The notes under the pieces are model-generated. The model had not been told where the DNA came from, did not search any database, and worked only from the letters and a program-made list of their open reading frames with translations. Both the position numbers and the translations under genes were made by a program. From assembly GCA_038046625.1 (NCBI GenBank), contig JBBSVV010000025.1, forward strand, positions 2,541-15,071: a stretch of 12,531 nucleotides of DNA, in the 5' to 3' direction. Of the stretch, positions 8,504-12,531 are shown piece by piece. Each line of letters begins with the position of its first letter. Positions within the stretch are counted from its first letter, which is position 1. The DNA is from an archaeon. Lineage in GTDB: Archaea > Iainarchaeota > Iainarchaeia > Iainarchaeales > Iainarchaeaceae.

Positions 8504-9142
8504 ATGAAAAGTAATTTAAATCCCCAAACTGTTATTTCTGGCATGAACAAGGTCGTTCCTTACATAATTTCCGCTTTGATTATGGGTATTCTCGCGTGGT
8601 ATTATTTCATTTTCAGGGGATTCGCGGTTTCGGTAAGCTTCGTTAATTCCGTTGTTGCTTTCTCCGCGGTTTTCATAATAGGGCTTTCTTTCGCATTCGG
8701 GCCGCTTGCGCGCTTCATCCATTTCTTTAGGCCGTGGCTCGTTTACAGGAAAGACTTCGGGCTGATTGGCTTTGCATTGGCCGCGCTGCACATTGTGCTT
8801 GTCGTTCCCATGATGCTTCTCGAGGAGACCCGCGAATTTAATTTCGGGGATGTAGCTTCCCTTGCTGTTGCCGCGGTAGCATTCATGATTTTCCTTTTAA
8901 TGGCCTTGACCTCGACCGCAAAGTGGGTTGAAAAGCTCGGGTATGACAACTGGAAAAATCTCCAGCGCATGGGTTACATCGCAATCGTGCTTGTTTTGTT
9001 CCATGTTGTGCTTCTCGAGAAGGGCGTTTTCCTCACTCGCATCATCGGCCAAATCGCCATAGGCTTCGTACTTGCCGTGCTGCTCCTGCGCGCAATAGCT
9101 CTTGCATTCGGAATGCCGCCGCACGAAGACATAAAGGTGTGA
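8504..9142 (+). CDS. Ferric reductase-like transmembrane heme protein (MsrQ/YedZ- or STEAP-like)
   Basis: About six TM helices with YRKDFGLIGF...ALH, LMALTS, KLGYDNWKNLQRMGY and LFH. Confidence 0.85.
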   Translation: MKSNLNPQTVISGMNKVVPYIISALIMGILAWYYFIFRGFAVSVSFVNSVVAFSAVFIIGLSFAFGPLARFIHFFRPWLVYRKDFGLIGFALAALHIVLVVPMMLLEETREFNFGDVASLAVAAVAFMIFLLMALTSTAKWVEKLGYDNWKNLQRMGYIAIVLVLFHVVLLEKGVFLTRIIGQIAIGFVLAVLLLRAIALAFGMPPHEDIKV

Positions 9143-9216
9143 CCTGCAGGAAACCGAAAGCATAACCAATGCCGTTTCCCGCGCACTTCTGAGCCTATTT
9201 TTTTCAGCAATTAAAC

Positions 9217-9223
9217 TTTTAAA
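9217..9223 (+). promoter_or_regulatory. Probable TATA box for the CaCA exchanger gene
   Basis: TTTTAAA ends 21 nt before the ATG at 9245 and follows a T7 tract. Confidence 0.5.
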
Positions 9224-9244
9224 GAACCGAACCATGATATTCTC

Positions 9245-10192
9245 ATGCCGGAACTTCTCTTAGCCGCGATTTTGGTTTTGTTTTTTTTCGCGGTTCTCAC
9301 TTTTGCGGCGCGCGGCGCATTGAAGCACGTGATTAACCTTTCCCGCACGCTCCGCATCCCGGAATTCACGATCGGCTTTCTCTTTGTCGGCATTATAGCG
9401 ATTTTTCCCGAGCTGTCAATCGGGATAAGCTCGGCACTGAGCGGCGTATCGTCTTTCGGCCTTGGCATTGTTTTCGGCTCGAACATTGCGGACCTCGCGC
9501 TCATAACGGGCCTGGTTGCGTTTTTTTCCGGCGGAATAAAGCTCAAAAGCGCCACAATTTCGCGCTCAAACTTTTTTGTCTTCATAACACTGCTTCCTGT
9601 TGCGCTGGTCCTAGACGGTGAAATCTCGAGGATTGACGGCGCAATCCTTTTGCTCTCATTCATTTTTTACGTTTTCTTCATGCTCTCCCACGGCAACCGA
9701 AAACCGGTTTTCGAGGCGAGCGACACAAGGGCCTTGGAATTTGACATAGGCATGCTCCTGATTTACATTGCAATAATGCTTGCGGCCGGCCACTTCATAA
9801 CCGAAATCGCCATGCAGATGAGCTCCCTGCTTTCAGTTCCGTTGTTCTTCATAGGCGCGGTGATTGCAGTAGGAACCTGCATGCCAGAGCTAGTTTTTGC
9901 ACTGCAGGCCTCGAAAACAAAACACGGCGAAACAGGCCTCGGCGACATTCTCGGGAACGTGTTTGCGGACTGCCTCCTCACGATAGGCATCATTGCCTTG
10001 ATTTCCCCGATAAGGCCGCAGAACCTCGGCCTTGTAATCCTCACAGGAAGCCTGATGATTGCCGCAATGCTCGTACTTGTTTGGTTCATACACACGGACA
10101 GGAAAATCTCGAAAAAAGAGGGCGCCTTCCTGCTCGCGCTTTACTTTCTTTTCATGGCATTGCAGTGGGCTGGAGAATCATCCCTCCTATGA
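9245..10192 (+). CDS. Sodium:calcium (CaCA, YrbG-like) antiporter
   Basis: Two inverted halves with alpha-repeat motifs FPELSIGISSA...GSNIAD and GTCMPELV...GDILGNVFAD, plus the repeated ISRIDG / ISKKEG motif; about ten TM helices. Confidence 0.92.
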   Translation: MPELLLAAILVLFFFAVLTFAARGALKHVINLSRTLRIPEFTIGFLFVGIIAIFPELSIGISSALSGVSSFGLGIVFGSNIADLALITGLVAFFSGGIKLKSATISRSNFFVFITLLPVALVLDGEISRIDGAILLLSFIFYVFFMLSHGNRKPVFEASDTRALEFDIGMLLIYIAIMLAAGHFITEIAMQMSSLLSVPLFFIGAVIAVGTCMPELVFALQASKTKHGETGLGDILGNVFADCLLTIGIIALISPIRPQNLGLVILTGSLMIAAMLVLVWFIHTDRKISKKEGAFLLALYFLFMALQWAGESSLL

Positions 10193-10195
10193 CAA

Positions 10196-10204
10196 TTTTT
10201 TTTT
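10196..10204 (+). terminator. Oligo-T tract, candidate archaeal terminator
   Basis: T9 run starting 4 nt after the CaCA stop codon. Confidence 0.45.
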
Positions 10205-10303
10205 CGGTTCGGCGCCGGACGAAAAACAGCCCCCGGTCCGTGTGCATTGCGTTCAACAGCAACCAATTTATACTCCGCTTTCTTAATTCTTGAAGCGGTT
10301 TGA

Positions 10304-12082
10304 ATGCCTGTTGACCTTGGAGTGAAGCTCCTTTTCGATTTGGGGGAAATCCTTCTCGCCGCTACCTTGTTCAATTTTCTTGCGCGCATCCTCAAGCAGC
10401 CCCCGCTCCTCGCATACATCGTTGCGGGAATATTCGTCGGCCCTCTGGGCATCGGTTCCCTTGGCATGAGCTTTCAGGGCATTCCGCTCGGCGTAACGAC
10501 AACCGAAGAAATCCTGATTCTTTCTGAACTCGGCATAGCTTTCCTGCTATTTTCAGTGGGAATCGAATCTGATTTTTCAAAGCTTTCAAAGCTCGGAAAA
10601 CTGGTGGCAATCGGTTCCGTGCTCCAGGTGGCGCTCACCGCCTTGATAGTGTTTGCCTTCAACTCGGTTTTCGGCTTTTTGGGATTTGAACAGGCCATTT
10701 ACCTCGGCCTAATTGTGGCCTTTTCCTCCACAACAATAGTGGTGAAGCTGCTTTCGGACTCATACCAGATAAACACGCTTCACGGGCGCCTGATGATAGG
10801 CTTCCTTTTGGTCCAGGATGTTCTCGTTATACTGGCGCTGCCTCTTCTTGGGAACATTTCAAACCTATTCACGCTTTCACTCATTGCGCCTCTCATAATC
10901 CAGGTGCTGGTGCTCCTTGCTTTCGCGTTCGTGCTCAACAAGTACGTTTACCCCAAGGTTTTTGGCTTCGCCTCGCACTCCGATGAGCTGTTCTTCCTCT
11001 CCGCACTGAGCTCGGTGTTCATTTTCATATTCATTTCGTACATCATGGGCTTCTCGATTGCCGTGGGCGCGTTCATTGCAGGAGTAACGCTGTCAACGCT
11101 GCCTTACAGCACGGAGGTAATGCACAAGATACGCGGCGTCAGGGATTTTCTCGCGACGATTTTCTTTGTGACGCTGGGAATACAGATAACACTTTCATTT
11201 GCTTCGTTCCCGCTTGGGCTCGCGCTCTTCATTGCCGCGCTCGTGTTCATTTTCAAGCCCGCCATATTCTACCTCATAACCCTTCTCAATGGTTATGGCG
11301 GGCGAGTAAGCGTGGTTGTGGCGCTTGGCCTCGCGCAGATTTCGGAGTTTTCCTTCATAATCGCGAGCCAGGGCAAGGCAATTCTCGAGCAGACCCCGGG
11401 CCTTTACTCCTTCGTGATTCTCATAACTGCAGTTTCAATGGCGCTAACCCCATACCTGATGTCTTATTCGAACGCAATCTACGGTGCCCTTGATTTGTTC
11501 GTGAGGCGCTTTGCCCCTTCCGCAAAAAAATCTGTTCTGCTCCACGCAAGGATAAGCGAACTCGAAGCCGTTCCCCAGGGGCTTAAAAACCACGTACTGA
11601 TTTTCGGCGGCGGCCTCGTGGGCTCAGGCATTGCCTCTGTTCTGCACGGAAAACACAATCTCATAGTGGTTGACAACGATTCGGAAGTGGTTTGGGGCAA
11701 CCTCCAGAAGGGCATTAAATCCGTTTACGGTTCTGCGGACAACGAGGGGCTCTGGAGGAAGCTGAACATTGAAAAGGCCGAGGTTCTCGTGATAGCTATT
11801 CCGCGTGCAAAGGACGCTTTCTCGCTGGTTGAATACGCGAAAAAAGTGAATCCGGAAATACCTGTTTTTGCGAGGGCGCGCTATTTCAAGGACTCCAGAA
11901 CGCTTTACGAAAAGGGCGCGGATTTCGTCATAATGCCGCACGTCATTGGCGGCAACGTTTTCGTGCAGAAAGTCGTTGAATACCTGCACACGGGGGACAT
12001 GAACGGGATAAGCAATTTCCAGACTGAATTCATGGCTTACCTTAGAGACAAGGCGAAGGAAGAAAGGCCTCGGTTTGACTGA
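10304..12082 (+). CDS. CPA2 cation:proton antiporter with C-terminal TrkA-N/RCK domain (Kef-type K+ transport)
   Basis: Motifs LKQPPLLAYIVAG, SELGIAFLLFSVGIE, SSTTIVVK, VQD, RDFLATIFFVTLG and QISEFSFII, followed by a Rossmann-like GGGLVG domain and GADFVIMP. Confidence 0.95.
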   Translation: MPVDLGVKLLFDLGEILLAATLFNFLARILKQPPLLAYIVAGIFVGPLGIGSLGMSFQGIPLGVTTTEEILILSELGIAFLLFSVGIESDFSKLSKLGKLVAIGSVLQVALTALIVFAFNSVFGFLGFEQAIYLGLIVAFSSTTIVVKLLSDSYQINTLHGRLMIGFLLVQDVLVILALPLLGNISNLFTLSLIAPLIIQVLVLLAFAFVLNKYVYPKVFGFASHSDELFFLSALSSVFIFIFISYIMGFSIAVGAFIAGVTLSTLPYSTEVMHKIRGVRDFLATIFFVTLGIQITLSFASFPLGLALFIAALVFIFKPAIFYLITLLNGYGGRVSVVVALGLAQISEFSFIIASQGKAILEQTPGLYSFVILITAVSMALTPYLMSYSNAIYGALDLFVRRFAPSAKKSVLLHARISELEAVPQGLKNHVLIFGGGLVGSGIASVLHGKHNLIVVDNDSEVVWGNLQKGIKSVYGSADNEGLWRKLNIEKAEVLVIAIPRAKDAFSLVEYAKKVNPEIPVFARARYFKDSRTLYEKGADFVIMPHVIGGNVFVQKVVEYLHTGDMNGISNFQTEFMAYLRDKAKEERPRFD

Positions 12083-12488
12083 AAAGAGCTTTGCATGTAA
12101 AGTCTTGAAAATCATCTTTTGCCTCTATTGTAACGTAGTGGCCTCCCTCGGTTGTCGGAATCGAGCCCGACAGGGTTACGCCGCTTTTGCTGTAAAGGTC
12201 GCTGCCGAAAACATTGAGAACGAACGAATCAGAGTAAATTCCGCTCTTGGCCTGGTCAACGCCCTTCGGAACAAAAAAATAGACCTGTTTCTTTGCTCCT
12301 TCGCCCTGCACAAAAACGTCCTTTGCCGCGCCGGCAAGCGAGTCCAAGCTTGATTGGGCAGTGAGCACTTCGCCCTGGAGGCGCGCATCAACAATTGATT
12401 GGTTTGACACGGAGTAAATCGCGAGGATTGCTATGAGAGAAACCGCGAGAATAATGAGCAATTCAACCGAGGCCTGCGCTTTTTTCAT
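12042..12488 (-). CDS. Class III signal peptide (type IV pilin-like) protein; C-terminus uncertain or possibly truncated
   Basis: N-terminus MKKA/QASVELLIILAV has basic residues, an Ala cleavage site, Q at +1, E at +5 and a hydrophobic helix. The 3' end overlaps the convergent antiporter gene by 41 nt. A TATA-like box lies at about 12511-12517. Confidence 0.8.
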   Translation of the reverse strand: MKKAQASVELLIILAVSLIAILAIYSVSNQSIVDARLQGEVLTAQSSLDSLAGAAKDVFVQGEGAKKQVYFFVPKGVDQAKSGIYSDSFVLNVFGSDLYSKSGVTLSGSIPTTEGGHYVTIEAKDDFQDFTCKALFSQTEAFLPSPCL

Positions 12489-12531
12489 GAATAGATTACC
12501 GAAAAGTGATTAATATAGGTTTTCAGACACC

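Noticed and set aside
9140..9182. UGA stop followed by a hairpin with a GAAA bulge (GGAAAC/GTTTCC, GCAT/ATGC), suggesting SECIS-type readthrough
   Set aside because: The protein appears complete at the UGA, the readthrough peptide looks meaningless and no selenocysteine machinery is visible; more likely a 3' UTR hairpin.

Overview
A gene-dense archaeal chromosomal segment. Evidence for Archaea: an archaeal-type TyrRS, a RibL FAD synthetase, a class III signal-peptide protein, and TATA boxes 21-25 nt before most start codons. A DPANN-type host such as Iainarchaeota is plausible but is only an inference. Left to right: an essentially complete IMP dehydrogenase gene (guaB, minus strand, missed by the ORF track because its stop codon is clipped by the window edge); a very basic orphan; a SemiSWEET transporter; a small DUF2238-like membrane protein; a RelE-type toxin-antitoxin pair whose toxin is split by a +1 frameshift; ribL and tyrS transcribed divergently; a Yip1-like membrane protein; a GC-rich branched palindromic element; a LysW-like zinc-ribbon protein; cysS; four co-oriented ion/metal membrane genes (DUF475/TerC-like, MsrQ/STEAP-like heme protein, CaCA exchanger, Kef-type CPA2 antiporter); and a pilin-like gene that may be truncated. 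Most of the window is housekeeping and transport, and I cannot demonstrate a complete novel system. The best leads are the structured element at 5621-5695, the frameshifted toxin, the orphan LysW-like gene and the STEAP-like membrane protein.
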